NCBI GenBank assembly: GCA_043228905.1
Contig: JBHGNT010000013.1
Span: 10,044,001 to 10,108,000 of the forward strand
Length of the DNA: 64,000 nt
DNA from: Azolla caroliniana
Lineage: Eukaryota > Plantae > Polypodiophyta
Direction: 5' to 3'
Part shown: positions 62,250-64,000 of the stretch, piece after piece
How positions within the stretch are numbered: position 1 is the first letter of the stretch
Layout: each line of letters begins with the position of its first letter
The notes under the pieces: model-generated
Database searches by the model: none
Seen by the model: only the letters and a program-made list of their open reading frames with translations
Told to the model about the DNA's origin: nothing
Translations under genes and position numbers: made by a program

Positions 62250-63150
62250 TTTCCTTTCTTTTCTTTTTTCCAAAATAAAACTACTTTCATTAGTTATAAA
62301 ATTTTACAGGGACGTGATAATTCCATCTTATGTAGATGCTCACTAACTCAAGAAAGGGAGAGGACGACCATTGTTGGATGAAGGCTAGTTGTCGCCTTTC
62401 AACTCCATTGGAGCCACCCTTGAGGCCATCGTATTGGCTCTTTAGAGTTTCTACAACTTTACTCTGTATCTCTTGCATTAACATTATTGGATGCATTGTT
62501 TCGTTGGAGAAGACCCGTTTACACTGTTATTTCCATAGAGTCCAAAGAGTTATTGGGTTGACCTATTCAAACACAACTTGAGATTTAGCAGTAATAGGAG
62601 TTGAGTGGATATTGTCGATGGTGGAAAAAAAAACCTCTTGTGCTTTAATCACTAAACTCATCTCCTCCTCCTAATGCTCGTATTTGTCAATTGGGGCTTG
62701 CCATGATAACCAACATACATTTCCCCACTTGATTGCGCCTTGCCCTTGGCATAATTGCAATGGGCGGCCAACCCCCTACCATATTTGATGGGTCTTTGGG
62801 CATTCCCATAGAGTGTGTCAAATTGATTTTGTTACATTTTGGCATGCCCCACAATTAGGAGAGCTAAGGTTCCCCCACTACCACACTCAAATCGATAGTG
62901 CCTAATGTATTAATAGCCATTGGAACGTGGTAATTCGCCGAGCGCGTGATGTTGTTTCCAGATTTTCTACCAAAACTTGGTGATAATTGTGTGAGGAACA
63001 TGCGATATGTGTGCTAGCCCTTTGCAACAATCGGCTCTTGGGCGGTTTGAGTGGCTAGAATTGGAAGAAAGGGATGGCTTTGCTTCCTTGACCCGCATAA
63101 GGATCGCCACGTCTATTGCAAAGGGTCCCAACTGACCTTACGTAGCCATG
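62250..63150 (-). mobile_element. Degenerate L1/Tx1-type LINE 3' fragment (zf-RVT)
   Basis: Minus strand reads KFW*KIWK..RRITTFQWLLIH*AL..NCGACQNVTKSI..HTLWECPKTHQIW; A-rich end near 62250-62270. Confidence 0.72.
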
Positions 63151-63284
63151 TCTTCTCATGAATACATATGTGTCATTCTGGTTTTACTTTGATCGAGTCC
63201 GGATCTATAATCCATTTATGATCTGTATATGCGAGTACTCGAATTCCCGTATTCAATGTTAATGCCTCACTGTCTCATCATTCA

Positions 63285-63387
63285 TGTCCCTCATCTTCGA
63301 CTTCCACATTGAATAGTTGGAGCCGGTGAGCTTGAACATGCCGCCCAACGATTTGTCCATCTTCTGTGTCGTTTCACTCTGATACCA
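63285..63387 (-). mobile_element. Copia PBS (tRNA-iMet) and truncated gag start
   Basis: tggtatcagag at 63387-63377, then ATG 63360 MDKSLGGMFKLTGSNYSMWKSKMRDM (Tnt1-like gag N-terminus). Confidence 0.85.
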
Positions 63388-63390
63388 CTT

Positions 63391-63830
63391 TGACAGGAAC
63401 TACACGCTCCGATGAACAACGCTTGGCCACAACCGAGTCTAAAATCAAACACAGAAAACAGATAATGAACGCACGACACAAAGGAGAGAAGAGTACACAG
63501 GATGTTTAACGTGGAAAACCTTGAGAGGGAAAAACCTCAGGAGTTCACAGACTCCAAACTATCACTATATCACAATGATTACAACAGTGAGCTCACGGAG
63601 GCAACGACCTCGTGCTCACGATCTTCGCCACAGGCGGCGGTTACAATAGAGGCAACAACCTCTTCCTCTCTCTCTCTCTCTCTCTCTGTCAACTGTTACG
63701 CGCTTTCTGATCTAGCGCCAACAAGAATGACAACTCTCTCTAAGTTTTCCCTAAGTCATATGTATACTAATATGACTTTTCGGCTATTTACAAATATAGC
63801 CCCGATGGACTCTCAGAAAACATATTTACG
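63391..63830 (-). mobile_element. Copia LTR (about 440 bp)
   Basis: Ends ..tgtCA three nt before the PBS; contains gtggaaaacc..gggaaaaacc; PPT-like ggaggga at about 63837-63843. Confidence 0.72.
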
Positions 63831-63844
63831 AATATGTCCCTCCA

Positions 63845-64000
63845 TTCTTAGCAAGGTGGATGGCACTTTGACTGTCACAATAGAGCTGGTATTCATCTTG
63901 CCGGATACCGAGCTCTCCGATGAAGTCCTTCATCCATAATATTTTCTTGCCGGCTTCCACAACCGCCATGTACTCCGCCTCCGTGGTTGACAACGCAACC
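63845..64000 (-). mobile_element. Copia RNase H fragment
   Basis: VALSTTEAEYMAVVEAGKKIIWMKDFIGELG..YCDSQSAIHLAKN. Confidence 0.92.

Noticed and set aside
5189-63830. Giant LTR element capturing the dynein gene
   Set aside because: The two LTR-like pieces are diverged, the left one is partial, and no TSD or matching ends are visible.
63502-63939. 145-aa plus-strand ORF
   Set aside because: It is antisense to copia LTR/RNase H, includes a (CT)n tract and shows no protein motif.

Overview
Eukaryotic land-plant genomic DNA, inferred to come from a lineage with flagellated sperm (fern, lycophyte, bryophyte, cycad or ginkgo type). The left end holds the long first coding exon of a COG4 (Golgi tethering) gene on the minus strand. 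About 7 kb of intergenic DNA follows, with Ty1/copia and Ty3/gypsy remnants. Most of the window (9227-61595, +) is one apparently intact axonemal inner-arm dynein heavy chain gene (DNAH10 / Chlamydomonas I1-alpha type). I traced it by hand as 73 GT-AG exons totalling 13,680 nt (about 4,559 aa) in one frame. Its larger introns carry about 20 copies of one non-LTR retrotransposon family (RTE-X-like by inference) with a 3' stem-loop, a (TTTC)n tail and a conserved C-terminal PIP-box-like motif (QRTITTFF). The right end has an L1-type LINE fragment and a copia RNaseH-LTR-PBS-gag junction. All calls come from manual motif reading; no searches were run.
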